Assembly (NCBI GenBank): GCA_964606575.1
Contig: CAZSHA010000003.1
Span: 7,570-71,569 of the forward strand
From: an uncultured Muribaculaceae bacterium
GTDB taxonomy: Bacteria > Bacteroidota > Bacteroidia > Bacteroidales > Muribaculaceae
DNA length: 64,000 bases
Direction of reading: 5' to 3'
Under the pieces are notes generated by a model. That model had not been told where the DNA came from and ran no database searches. It saw nothing but the letters and a program-made list of their open reading frames with translations. Shown here one piece after another: positions 1 through 9,499 of the stretch (position 1 is the stretch's first letter; each line of letters begins with the position of its first letter). A program made the position numbers and the translations under genes.

Positions 1-900
1 TGCCACTTCGCTATATAGCTTTTGGAACACAGGCTTAGTAGCATCATGGAATGGTCCCATCCAGTCAAGAGCACCACGTTGCGCTGTCGTAGAACAATTA
101 GCATACATCCAGTCCATACCCTTTTCTGCGAATAGAGGCATAAGTGATTGAGTCAATTCTTCAACAGTTTCATTGAATGCTTCCGATGGAGTGTGTCCGT
201 TTTCACGCAACACTTCATATTGAGCAAGAAGAAGACCTTGAATAGCACCCATCAGAGTACCACGTTCACCTGTCAAGTCGCTATACACCTCACGCTTGAA
301 TGTAGTTTCAAACAAATATCCGGAACCAACACCGATTCCTAGAGCCAAACAACGTTCTTTAGCCTTGCCAGTAGCATCTTGGAATATAGCGTAGCTAGAA
401 TTCAATCCACGACCTTGAAGGAACATTGTACGCAATGATGTTCCCGACCCCTTAGGAGCGACCAAGATTACATCGATATCAGCAGGAGGCACAATACCTG
501 TTCTTTCCTTGTAAGTGATACCGAAACCATGAGAGAAATACAAAGCCTTTCCATGTGTCAAGTGCTTCTTCAAAGCAGGCCACACTGCGATTTGAGCTGC
601 ATCTGAAAGCAAATACTCGATAATAGTACCGCGTTCAGCAGCTTCTTCTATTTCAAAAAGAGTTTCACCAGGAACCCAGCCGTCAGCTACAGCCTTGTCC
701 CAGCTCTTACTGTTCTTTCTTTGTCCTACAATCACATTGAAACCATTGTCACGAAGATTCATACTTTGACCAGGACCTTGCACACCGTAACCGATGACTG
801 CAATAGTTTCGTCTTTCAATATTTCTCTTGCTTTTTCCAATGGAAATTCTTCGCGGGTCATTACATTTTCTTCAATCCCGCCAAAATTCATTACTGCCAT
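1..900 (-). CDS. ilvC: ketol-acid reductoisomerase, first 300 codons; the 3' end runs off the window start
   Basis: Absent from the ORF track because there is no stop in the window. My reverse-strand translation from the ATG at 900-898 reads MAVMNFGGIEENVMTREEFPLEKAREILKDETIAVIGYGVQGPGQSMNLRDNGFNVIVGQRK... This has the GxGxQG Rossmann motif and a KARI N-terminus. It is the last gene of the ilv operon. Confidence 0.9.
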   Translation of the reverse strand, partial: MAVMNFGGIEENVMTREEFPLEKAREILKDETIAVIGYGVQGPGQSMNLRDNGFNVIVGQRKNSKSWDKAVADGWVPGETLFEIEEAAERGTIIEYLLSDAAQIAVWPALKKHLTHGKALYFSHGFGITYKERTGIVPPADIDVILVAPKGSGTSLRTMFLQGRGLNSSYAIFQDATGKAKERCLALGIGVGSGYLFETTFKREVYSDLTGERGTLMGAIQGLLLAQYEVLRENGHTPSEAFNETVEELTQSLMPLFAEKGMDWMYANCSTTAQRGALDWMGPFHDATKPVFQKLYSEVA

Positions 901-939
901 AATTAATGATTTTTAATTTAATATGTTAGTATAGTTAAG

Positions 940-1701
940 TTATTTTCTTTTTTCAAAAACAAATCTTGCACGACAATTAATTTCCCTTTCACCGCAACCG
1001 ACGATGTGAGATATTTCAACCTTAGCATCATTAACGTCACTCGCCTCGTTCACAATAACGTCTACTACCATTCCGCCAAAGCACTCTTTCAAAAAAGCTA
1101 TTTCAAAGCGTTTTATCCTGTGGCTCTCATAATATCTCATATCCCACTGATTCAACAACAGTTCCACATAACGAACGCTATTGACGTGGCAATTAATGTC
1201 GGTATCGGTATATTGGAAAGTATAATTGTTTATCCTGCCCTCATCTATATTCCTCATGCGTGATTGTGGTTTAATAGGACATTCTTTGTCATAAATATTA
1301 CTTATAACATAGCTTAAATTGGAAATATCAACCATCTCTCTAGCTACGGTATCTATAACAAGCCATATCGTACGAGCATAACCCAATACCTGCCCCTTAT
1401 AATCTACAATCTCGAAATTACGTTGAGAGTAATACCTATTATACCCCTCAACCCAAGTGTTTACCGTATACGCCTCATTGACATGAGGATAGTCATTCAT
1501 TTCTATCGTAACTCGCGATAACACCCAAGCCTGATTGCTTTCTTTGAGTTTGTCATATCCCACGCCCCACATATTGGCATGTTCTGTGGCAACTTCTATA
1601 AGACGAGTCACAAGAAGCGGAAGAGGCATTTCCTTTTGCGGAGTACACTCTCCAGCCGTCAAAAAATATTCGTGACTATAATATTTTAAATTATTATCCA
1701 T
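940..1701 (-). CDS. acyl-[acyl-carrier-protein] thioesterase-like protein (FatA/hotdog family)
   Basis: 253-aa ORF whose size and sequence character fit a double-hotdog acyl-ACP thioesterase. Its start overlaps the ilvN stop by 8 nt, and it lies between ilvN and ilvC, as in other Bacteroidales ilv operons. The family call is from memory, not from a search. Confidence 0.6.
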   Translation of the reverse strand: MDNNLKYYSHEYFLTAGECTPQKEMPLPLLVTRLIEVATEHANMWGVGYDKLKESNQAWVLSRVTIEMNDYPHVNEAYTVNTWVEGYNRYYSQRNFEIVDYKGQVLGYARTIWLVIDTVAREMVDISNLSYVISNIYDKECPIKPQSRMRNIDEGRINNYTFQYTDTDINCHVNSVRYVELLLNQWDMRYYESHRIKRFEIAFLKECFGGMVVDVIVNEASDVNDAKVEISHIVGCGEREINCRARFVFEKRK

Positions 1702-2248
1702 TTGTTAATTGGTCTTTTGCCTGCTTTCTCTCTTCGATAAACATTGTAACATATTCGTTGGTGTCTTTTGTGACCGCAACACGACCACTACGCACAAATT
1801 GTCGAATATCATGACATTTCAAATCATCAAACAAAGCCTCCGTTTCTTCAGGATGACCAGTTTTTTCCAAGATTGTATAGTCACGCGACATCTCAAGGAT
1901 ACGAGCGTTATACTTTCTTATAATCTTCTCCAAGTTAGGCTCTTCAATAAGTTTATCGGTAGGCACTTTGTAAAGAGCGATTTCCTGATATACAATCTCA
2001 TCGTCGGTATAGAAAAACGATTTCAATACGCCTATACGCTTTTCTATCTGTTTCACCAATTTTTCTATTGTTTCACGGTCACTATATGATGTGATTGTGA
2101 ATTTATGAACACCTTTTATTGATGATGGAGAAACCGAAAGGCTCTCTATATTCAACTTTCTACGTGTATATATTATTGAGATTTGGTTCAACAAACCAAC
2201 TCGGTTTTCCGAAAACACCGTTACCGTATATAATGTCTTTTCTTCCAT
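1694..2248 (-). CDS. ilvN: acetolactate synthase small (regulatory) subunit
   Basis: 184 aa. The N-terminal ACT domain reads YTVTVFSENRVGLLNQISIIYTRRKLNIESLSVS. It lies immediately downstream of the large subunit. Confidence 0.9.
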   Translation of the reverse strand: MEEKTLYTVTVFSENRVGLLNQISIIYTRRKLNIESLSVSPSSIKGVHKFTITSYSDRETIEKLVKQIEKRIGVLKSFFYTDDEIVYQEIALYKVPTDKLIEEPNLEKIIRKYNARILEMSRDYTILEKTGHPEETEALFDDLKCHDIRQFVRSGRVAVTKDTNEYVTMFIEERKQAKDQLTNG

Positions 2249-2255
2249 ATCGTTC

Positions 2256-3977
2256 TCAATTTTTTGGTTGATATTTCTCGCCTGGTGCTAGAATGGTGTT
2301 GATCATCGTGCTTCCCGCAGGAACCATAGGAAACACATATCCCTCGGTTTCTATATTCACATTTAGCACATATGCTCCATCATATGCCATCATTCGCTCT
2401 ATAGCTCCATCCAACTCCTCACGGTTCATAACATCTTCAGCTTGTATTCCGTAAGCCTTTGCTAATGCCACAAAATCCGGATTCACCATAGGAGTTTCTG
2501 AGTAACGCTTATTATAGAATATATCTTGCCATTGGCGAACCATTCCCAAGAAATTATTATTCAATATTATGATTTTCACAGCTACACCATATTGGAGAAT
2601 CACACCAAGCTCTTCTACCGTCATCTGGATTCCGCCATCACCCACAAAGAAACAAACAGGACGCTCTGGCGCACCTATCTTAGAACCTATAGCGGCAGGC
2701 AATCCGAATCCCATAGTACCAAGTCCGCCTGATGTAACGATACTCTTAGGTTTTGAATATTGGAAATATCGTGACGACATCATCTGGTTTTGACCCACAT
2801 CTGTCACCAAAATAGCATTCTCGCCTGCAACTTTTGACACTTTATAGACAACCTCGCCCATCTTCAAGTCACCTTGCGTCGGGAATACTTCCTTGTCTAT
2901 CACCTTTTCTTGTTCTAGTTTCTCATCATCTTCAAAACTTGCAATCCACTGCGTGTGTTTAGCCTCATTCACTTTTGGCAACAGCTTCTCTAGCACAGTT
3001 TTAGCATCGCCTAATATTGTTGCATCAGCCTTTATATTCTTATTGAATTCCGACTCATCAATATCAATATGAACCACCTTTGATTGTTTAGCGAACTCTT
3101 TAACATCGCCTGTCACACGGTCATCAAACCTCATACCGATTGCAATCAACAAATCGCAACGGTTGGTAGCCATATTAGGAGCCACATTGCCATGCATTCC
3201 AAGCATACCCTTATTTAACGGATGAGCCGTAGGGATTGTAGACAATCCTAACAACGTGGTCGAAACTGGAATATCAGCTTTCTCAGCAAGAGTAGCTAAT
3301 TCCTTTTCTGCTTCGGCTATCATAACGCCATGACCAGAAACTATCAACGGACGCTCTGATTTATTAATCAAATCAGCTACCGCATCCAACTCGTCCTCAT
3401 CAACTTCAGGATAAGGTATATAACTACGTATATAATTACATTTCTTATATTCAGTCCATTCTATTAACTCATTTTGAGCGTTCTTGGCAAAATCCAGCAC
3501 AACAGGGCCAGGACGACCAGTAGATGCGATGAAAAAAGCGCGTGACACAGCCCATTCTATTTCATCGGCAGTTCGTATCTGATGACTCCATTTTGTTACT
3601 GGTTGAGTAATACCTATCACATCGGTTTCTTGGAACGCATCACTTCCTAGCGATTCGCTAGAAACCTGACCAGTAATAACGACCAACGGAGTACTGTCCA
3701 TCATAGCATCGCTAAGACCAGTAATAACATTCGTAGCACCTGGACCTGATGTAACAAACACGACACCAGTTTTTCCGCTCACTCTGGCATAACCTTGTGC
3801 CGCATGTGTAGCTCCTTGCTCATGACGCACCAAGATGTGACATAACTTGTCCTTATGGTCATAAAGACGGTCAAAAACTGGAATTATAGCACCGCCAGGA
3901 TAGCCGAATACAGTATCTACACCTTCAGCCTCAATTGACCTAAGCAACGCTTCTGCTCCTGTTATCTTTTCACTCAT
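2256..3977 (-). CDS. ilvB: acetolactate synthase large (catalytic) subunit
   Basis: ThDP-enzyme motifs are present: MSEKITGAEALLRSIEAEGVDTVFGYPGG..., GLGTMGFGLPAAIG and GDGGIQM. I moved the start to Met67 of the track ORF (cat at 3975-3977), because the longer form overlaps ilvD and has no homologous N-terminus. Confidence 0.92.
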   Translation of the reverse strand: MSEKITGAEALLRSIEAEGVDTVFGYPGGAIIPVFDRLYDHKDKLCHILVRHEQGATHAAQGYARVSGKTGVVFVTSGPGATNVITGLSDAMMDSTPLVVITGQVSSESLGSDAFQETDVIGITQPVTKWSHQIRTADEIEWAVSRAFFIASTGRPGPVVLDFAKNAQNELIEWTEYKKCNYIRSYIPYPEVDEDELDAVADLINKSERPLIVSGHGVMIAEAEKELATLAEKADIPVSTTLLGLSTIPTAHPLNKGMLGMHGNVAPNMATNRCDLLIAIGMRFDDRVTGDVKEFAKQSKVVHIDIDESEFNKNIKADATILGDAKTVLEKLLPKVNEAKHTQWIASFEDDEKLEQEKVIDKEVFPTQGDLKMGEVVYKVSKVAGENAILVTDVGQNQMMSSRYFQYSKPKSIVTSGGLGTMGFGLPAAIGSKIGAPERPVCFFVGDGGIQMTVEELGVILQYGVAVKIIILNNNFLGMVRQWQDIFYNKRYSETPMVNPDFVALAKAYGIQAEDVMNREELDGAIERMMAYDGAYVLNVNIETEGYVFPMVPAGSTMINTILAPGEKYQPKN

Positions 3978-4023
3978 ATATATACTCTTATTTTTCAGTA
4001 TTATAATCTTCACTCTAAATGGA

Positions 4024-5847
4024 TCACTCTCTAACGCCGCCCTTGTCAGCCGATGTAACCATTGATGCGTAAGCCTGTAAAGCCTTAGACACGACACGTT
4101 GGCGATATTTAGGAGTAAATGCCGACTTACCACGTTTTTCTTCCTCGGCACGTCGTGAGGCAAGCTCCCCATCACTCAATTTAACACTTATACTGCGTGA
4201 TGGAATGTCTATTACAATAATGTCGCCCTCTCTCACTAGTCCAATATTACCTCCAGCTGCAGCTTCTGGTGATATGTGACCTATCGACAAGCCTGATGTT
4301 CCACCCGAGAAACGACCATCGGTAATCAATGCACAAGCCTTTCCTAAATGTTTAGACTTAATGTAAGATGTAGGATAAAGCATTTCTTGCATACCAGGAC
4401 CACCCTTTGGACCTTCGTGAGTAATAACAACAACATCACCAGCCTGCACCTTATCTCCTAAGATGCCTTCAACAGCATCATCTTGCGACTCAAATACTTT
4501 AGCCGTCCCCTCAAAATGGAATATGCTTTCGTCAACTCCCGCAGTCTTCACGACACAGCCATCTTTAGCTATGTTGCCATAAAGCACCGCAATACCGCCA
4601 TCTTTCACGTATGCGTGTTCAAAATCACGTATACATCCTGCCGAACGGTCGGTTTCTAAATCTTTATAATAATTTGATTGTGATGCCATCTTGATATTAC
4701 GCACATTGCATGGCGCGCTTAACCACATCTTCTTTGCATCTTCACCAAAGTTTTTCCCTTCTATCGCATAATTATCTATTGCTTCACCCAAAGTCATGCC
4801 ATCCACTCTCTTAACGTTAGTATCAAGTAGCCCTTGAGCCGACAATTGATACATAATAGACATTATACCACCAGCCCTGTTAACATCTTGCACATGATAA
4901 TGTCCATTAGGAGCTACCTTACACAAAACTGGTGTCTTGCGGCTTAGAGCATCAATATCTTTCATTGTGAAATCAGCACCCGCTTCATTAGCCACAGCTA
5001 GCAAGTGAAGCACTGTATTAGTGCTGCCGCCCATAGCTATATCAAGCGACATGGCATTAAGCATGGCATTGCGTGTAGCTATACTACGAGGAAGCACGCT
5101 TTCATCTTCTTCCTCATAATACTTACGGCAATTTTCAACAATTTGAGCCGCAGCTTTACGGAACAATTCTCTACGGTTCTCATGGGTCGACAATATAGTA
5201 CCATTGCCTGGAAGAGCCAATCCTATCGCCTCATTCAGGCAGTTCATGCTGTTGGCTGTAAACATTCCCGAACAACATCCGCACGTAGGACAACCAGCAT
5301 CCTCAATCTTAGCAACAGTATCATCGTCTACAGTAGGATCGGCAGAATCAATCATTACATCAATTAAATCTAACGGACGTTTTCCAAGCCAACCTGCCTC
5401 CATAGGACCACCGCTCACAAATATCGCAGGTATGTTCAAACGCATTGCCGCCATCATCATACCCGGTGTTATTTTATCGCAATTGCTTATGCACACCATA
5501 GCATCGGCACGATGAGCATTCACCATATATTCCACGCTATCGGCTATCAAATCACGAGAAGGCAAAGAATACAACATGCCGTCATGTCCCATAGCTATAC
5601 CATCGTCAATCGCAATTGTGTTAAATTCGGCAGCAAAACATCCAAGTTTCTCAATTTCGCTTTTCACATATTGCCCTATCTCATGCAAATGCGTATGCCC
5701 TGGCACAAATTGTGTAAAAGAATTAACTATGGCAATCACAGGTTTGCCCATTTGCTCCACTTTCATTCCGTTAGCGCGCCACAACGCTCTAGCCCCAGCC
5801 ATACGGCGACCGTTCATTGATATTGAACTTCTTAATGGTATGCTCAT
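4024..5847 (-). CDS. ilvD: dihydroxy-acid dehydratase
   Basis: [28 protein letters not shown]... is a typical IlvD N-terminus, and the Fe-S Cys residues are present ([12 protein letters not shown]). The start is set to Met11 of the track ORF (cat at 5845-5847). Confidence 0.93.
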   Translation of the reverse strand: MSIPLRSSISMNGRRMAGARALWRANGMKVEQMGKPVIAIVNSFTQFVPGHTHLHEIGQYVKSEIEKLGCFAAEFNTIAIDDGIAMGHDGMLYSLPSRDLIADSVEYMVNAHRADAMVCISNCDKITPGMMMAAMRLNIPAIFVSGGPMEAGWLGKRPLDLIDVMIDSADPTVDDDTVAKIEDAGCPTCGCCSGMFTANSMNCLNEAIGLALPGNGTILSTHENRRELFRKAAAQIVENCRKYYEEEDESVLPRSIATRNAMLNAMSLDIAMGGSTNTVLHLLAVANEAGADFTMKDIDALSRKTPVLCKVAPNGHYHVQDVNRAGGIMSIMYQLSAQGLLDTNVKRVDGMTLGEAIDNYAIEGKNFGEDAKKMWLSAPCNVRNIKMASQSNYYKDLETDRSAGCIRDFEHAYVKDGGIAVLYGNIAKDGCVVKTAGVDESIFHFEGTAKVFESQDDAVEGILGDKVQAGDVVVITHEGPKGGPGMQEMLYPTSYIKSKHLGKACALITDGRFSGGTSGLSIGHISPEAAAGGNIGLVREGDIIVIDIPSRSISVKLSDGELASRRAEEEKRGKSAFTPKYRQRVVSKALQAYASMVTSADKGGVRE

Positions 5848-5860
5848 AATTTCCTTGTAA

Positions 5861-5897
5861 TTAAAAAACCTTTCCAACGCTACTAGGAGGAAAGGTT
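5861..5897 (-). terminator. intrinsic terminator/attenuator hairpin in the ilvD leader
   Basis: The minus-strand RNA reads AACCUUUCC-(13 nt loop)-GGAAAGGUU followed by UUUUUU. The arms are at 5889-5897 and 5867-5875, and the U-run corresponds to 5861-5866. It sits only about 14 nt before the ilvD ATG. Confidence 0.65.
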
Positions 5898-5953
5898 CAA
5901 TATATCTTCTTAATGTTTATTTTTATCGTTGTAGATTTTAACACGATTCCTCC

Positions 5954-6049
5954 TTAACAATTACGCATAACGACCACGACGACATCCACTAATGCCACCA
6001 GCAGTACATTCAGACTAATTATAACAGTTGAAATCATAACGTTAAGCAT
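5954..6049 (-). CDS. candidate ilv leader peptide (31 aa from the ATG at 6049, or 27 aa from the ATG at 6037)
   Basis: The 3' part of the 77-aa track ORF reads MLNVMISTVIISLNVLLVALVDVVVVVMRNC*. By my count, 18 of 31 residues are Val/Leu/Ile, including a VVVVV run four codons before the stop. A -7 box lies just upstream and a terminator about 55 nt downstream. Confidence 0.55.
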   Translation of the reverse strand: MLNVMISTVIISLNVLLVALVDVVVVVMRNC

Positions 6050-6065
6050 ATTTCTAATATTATTG

Positions 6066-6073
6066 CAAAGGTA
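6066..6073 (-). promoter_or_regulatory. Bacteroidetes -7 promoter box (TACCTTTG) for the ilv leader/operon
   Basis: The plus strand reads caaaggta, whose reverse complement TAccTTTG matches TAnnTTTG. It lies 17 nt upstream of the leader ATG at 6049. Confidence 0.4.
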
Positions 6074-6292
6074 AAGGCTTCTTTCGTGAAAAACAAATAT
6101 TTCGCACAAATAAATCACTTTTTCTTTCAATTTATTCAAAATCGACCGAAACATCTTACAATTTTCGACCACATACTCTTCTTTCACTTATTATACGCCT
6201 CTTATTTATAATAAGGTGATTAATATCTTACTTTTCCTATAATCTTTATGTCAATGTAAAACCACATTACGCCAACAACTGCATATTTTTAT

Positions 6293-6300
6293 TATCTTTG
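6293..6300 (+). promoter_or_regulatory. -7 promoter box (TATCTTTG)
   Basis: Exact TAnnTTTG match 36 nt upstream of the ATG at 6336. Confidence 0.45.
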
Positions 6301-6335
6301 CATCGCTTTTTAGAAAACATTATCATTTTCAATTG

Positions 6336-8663
6336 ATGCTTAGACGAATAAGTCCTTTTTATATTATAATCCTATCGGTACTAGTTGCTATGCTGAGCGC
6401 ATGCAGCTCAACTAAACATGTACCTCAGGGCAAATATCTCGTCAACAAAGTAAGTATCAACGTGCATGACAACGAGAACATAAAAGGTTCCGATTACATC
6501 AACTACCTCAAGCAGCTCCCGAATCACGCAGTTCTCGGAGGCATGAAACTGCAACTAGGTCTGTACAATCTGTCAGGGCGTGATAGCAGCAAGCGTGTGA
6601 ACAAATGGCTAAAATCATTAGGCGAAGCCCCTGTTATTTACAACCAAGCATCAACCAATGCATCACAAAAGGAGTTAACTACGCTACTCATAAATAAAGG
6701 CTATCTAAGCACTAAAGTAACCGTAGATACCGTAATTAATGATAAGAAAAGAAAAATAGATGTCACCTATAATGTGACAACAGGCAAACAACACAGAATC
6801 AAAACTGTTTCTTACAACATTCCCAACGACACTTTAAGGAATCTGATTCTAGCCGATACGGCACAATCTTTGATAAAGCCTAATTCGGCATTCGACCGCA
6901 ACATACTGAGCCAGCAACGGGATGCAATAACAAAGAAGCTGCGGGAAAAAGGCTATTACGCATTCAATAAAGAGTATATCACATTCACAGCCGACACTAC
7001 CGCTGGCTCTATGGACGTTGACCTAACTCTGAACACAATGCCGCCCTATTCCAACGACAAAATGAAATATTACACTTCACATAAGCCGTTTTATGTGCGG
7101 AACGTCATTTTCGTCACCAATTACGACCCGCTAACAATGCATGATTCCGATTCATACGTAGCGAAAGACACTGTAGTTTATAACAACATCACCATACTTT
7201 ATGGCGAATCTCATTATCTAAGACGAAAAGTCATCGACGAATGCTGTTTTATAGAGCCAGGAAGCCTATACAACGCCGCAAACGTGACCAAAACCTACCA
7301 AGCGCTAGGACGACTAGAAATCCTTAAATTCATCAACATCGAAATTAAACCCATAGGCGAATTTGATGGAAAAATATGGCTTGACACCTATGTGCTTCTT
7401 ACCGCTGGCAAGTCGCAATCACTATCATTATCTCTTGAAGGAACGAATTCGGCTGGTGACTTGGGATTCGGTATAGGTACAGGGTATCAACACCGCAATA
7501 TCGCACGAGGCGCAGAAACGCTAAACACTAAATTCCGAGTTTCCTACGAGAGCCTGTCAGGCAACTTGAACGGTCTTATAAATGATAAATATTCAGAATA
7601 CGCTGGAGAAGTAGGTATCACCTACCCTAAGTTCAAAGCTCCTTTTCTGAGCAAGCAGTTCAAGCAGAAGATATTAGCATCAACCGAGCTATCAACTCAA
7701 TTCAACTACCAGCAACGCCCTGAATACACTCGTATCATAGCGGGTGCTGCTTGGAAATACCTTTGGAGCGAAAAGGATAAGAATACACGGCATACGGTAA
7801 CTTTGCTTGATTTGAACTACGTTTATTTGCCCGAAAGCCAAATAAATTTTTTAGACAGCATTGCAAATCCGCTACTAAGATACTCTTACGAAGACCACTT
7901 TATAATGCGTCTTGCCTACTCTTTCTACCACTCGAATAAAAAAGAACGTGACTTTTTCGGCTCACAATTCCAAGACAACGTATATACAATACGTGCTGGT
8001 GTAGAAACCGCAGGAAATGTTTTATATGCCCTATCACGAATAGGCGGATTCCTAAAGGAGAATGACGGATATGAAATTTTCGGCATAAGGTATTCGCAAT
8101 ATGTAAAATTCGATTTAGATTACGCCGTCACGCATAATTTCAGCCGTCGCAACTCATTGTCATTCCACCTAGGGCTAGGAGTTGCCTTACCATACGGGAA
8201 CTCCAATGTGCTACCGTTTGAGAAGCGCTTCTATTCTGGCGGAGCTAACAGCGTAAGAGGTTGGGGAGTCAGAACTCTAGGACCAGGTAGCTATAACGGC
8301 AAAAACTCAGTAAACAATTTTATTTATCAATGTGGCGATATAAGATTTGACTTGAACCTTGAGTATCGTATGAAATTGTTCTGGAAATTTGAGCTTGGAG
8401 CATTTATAGATGCTGGAAATATATGGACCATCCGAAATTACGAAGATCAGCCTGGGGGCGTGTTCAAAATAAACGAGTTCTACAAGCAGATAGCCCTTTC
8501 CTACGGTTTAGGTCTGCGTATGGACTTTGATTACTTCCTACTACGCCTTGACGTGGGAATGAAAGCTCACAACCCTGCCAGCGGACAGGAAAGGTGGCCA
8601 TTGTTACATCCTAGATGGAATAGAGATTCGGCATTCCATTTTTCCGTTGGTTATCCATTCTAA
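6336..8663 (+). CDS. BamA/TamA (Omp85) family outer membrane protein
   Basis: It has a lipoprotein-like signal (MLRRISPFYIIILSVLVAMLSAC). The C-terminal surface-antigen barrel carries RFYSGGANSVRGW (a VRG loop-6-like motif) and ends in F. The track start at 6333 is TTG; I prefer the ATG at 6336. Confidence 0.8.
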   Translation: MLRRISPFYIIILSVLVAMLSACSSTKHVPQGKYLVNKVSINVHDNENIKGSDYINYLKQLPNHAVLGGMKLQLGLYNLSGRDSSKRVNKWLKSLGEAPVIYNQASTNASQKELTTLLINKGYLSTKVTVDTVINDKKRKIDVTYNVTTGKQHRIKTVSYNIPNDTLRNLILADTAQSLIKPNSAFDRNILSQQRDAITKKLREKGYYAFNKEYITFTADTTAGSMDVDLTLNTMPPYSNDKMKYYTSHKPFYVRNVIFVTNYDPLTMHDSDSYVAKDTVVYNNITILYGESHYLRRKVIDECCFIEPGSLYNAANVTKTYQALGRLEILKFINIEIKPIGEFDGKIWLDTYVLLTAGKSQSLSLSLEGTNSAGDLGFGIGTGYQHRNIARGAETLNTKFRVSYESLSGNLNGLINDKYSEYAGEVGITYPKFKAPFLSKQFKQKILASTELSTQFNYQQRPEYTRIIAGAAWKYLWSEKDKNTRHTVTLLDLNYVYLPESQINFLDSIANPLLRYSYEDHFIMRLAYSFYHSNKKERDFFGSQFQDNVYTIRAGVETAGNVLYALSRIGGFLKENDGYEIFGIRYSQYVKFDLDYAVTHNFSRRNSLSFHLGLGVALPYGNSNVLPFEKRFYSGGANSVRGWGVRTLGPGSYNGKNSVNNFIYQCGDIRFDLNLEYRMKLFWKFELGAFIDAGNIWTIRNYEDQPGGVFKINEFYKQIALSYGLGLRMDFDYFLLRLDVGMKAHNPASGQERWPLLHPRWNRDSAFHFSVGYPF

Positions 8664-8688
8664 AAACTATATTCATACATATTATTTT

Positions 8689-9360
8689 ATGAAGAAATTA
8701 GCTATTTTCGACTTAGACGGAACGTTGCTAAACACAATAGAAGATTTAGGACGTGCATGCAATTATGCCCTTGAACAGAAAGGTCTACCAATCCACAATA
8801 TGGCATCCTACCCTTTCTTGGTCGGTAACGGGGTGAAGAATCTTGTGTTAAGAGCAGTACCCGAAAGTTACCGCACCGAAAGCGCTATCGGGGACATTCT
8901 TGCGGAATTTAAAGAATACTACAACCAGCACAACTGCGACTTCACCACTCCTTATATAGGTATACCTGAGCTACTAGAATCACTATCTGGAATGGGAGTG
9001 AAAATAGCGGTGGCTTCAAACAAGTATCAACAAGCTACCGAAAAGATAGTAAGACACTTCTTCCCCGGCTTTGATTTCGTAACAATAAACGGCCAACAAG
9101 AAGGTATTCCAGTTAAACCCGACCCTTCAATCGTATTCGACATTTTAGCTAAAGCACAAGTCGCCAAAGACGAAACAATCTTCATCGGCGACTCTGGTGT
9201 CGATATGGAAACTGCCCGCAGGGCTTGCATCGACTCTATCGGAGTGACATGGGGATTTCGTCCGGAAAAAGAGTTAACCGAACACTACGCAAACCACATC
9301 GTGCATAGTCCAACCGAGATTTTAGAGATTGTTAAAAACAATTCGTCAAAAGTTGTGTGA
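8689..9360 (+). CDS. HAD-superfamily hydrolase (phosphoglycolate phosphatase-like)
   Basis: MKKLAIFDLDGTLLNT is HAD motif I, and VASNK and GDSGVDM are motifs II and IV. The start is moved to the ATG at 8689, removing the overlap with the upstream gene. Confidence 0.8.
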   Translation: MKKLAIFDLDGTLLNTIEDLGRACNYALEQKGLPIHNMASYPFLVGNGVKNLVLRAVPESYRTESAIGDILAEFKEYYNQHNCDFTTPYIGIPELLESLSGMGVKIAVASNKYQQATEKIVRHFFPGFDFVTINGQQEGIPVKPDPSIVFDILAKAQVAKDETIFIGDSGVDMETARRACIDSIGVTWGFRPEKELTEHYANHIVHSPTEILEIVKNNSSKVV

Positions 9361-9421
9361 ATCCAAGGGATTTTTAAACAGTTTCTAAATCTTTTTAGTT
9401 GGTCATACCAAAAATAAGTCC

Positions 9422-9429
9422 TACATTTG
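9422..9429 (+). promoter_or_regulatory. -7 promoter box (TACATTTG)
   Basis: TAnnTTTG match about 70 nt upstream of the ATG at 9500. Confidence 0.4.
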
Positions 9430-9499
9430 CACAAAATTTCAAAAAACGGGCATATAGCCCTAAAAAGCCAATATACAAATTAAAATTCCTACGTTTATT

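Noticed and set aside
3978-4175. N-terminal 66-aa extension of the ilvB ORF overlapping the ilvD 3' end
   Set aside because: The extension has no similarity to acetolactate synthases. The canonical N-terminus MSEKITGAEALL... starts at 3977.
5954-6187. The full 77-aa track ORF upstream of ilvD as a real small protein
   Set aside because: The 5' two-thirds has odd composition, and the best -7 promoter box (6066-6073) lies inside it. Only the 3' portion, from the ATG at 6049 or 6037, makes sense, as a Val/Leu/Ile-rich leader peptide.
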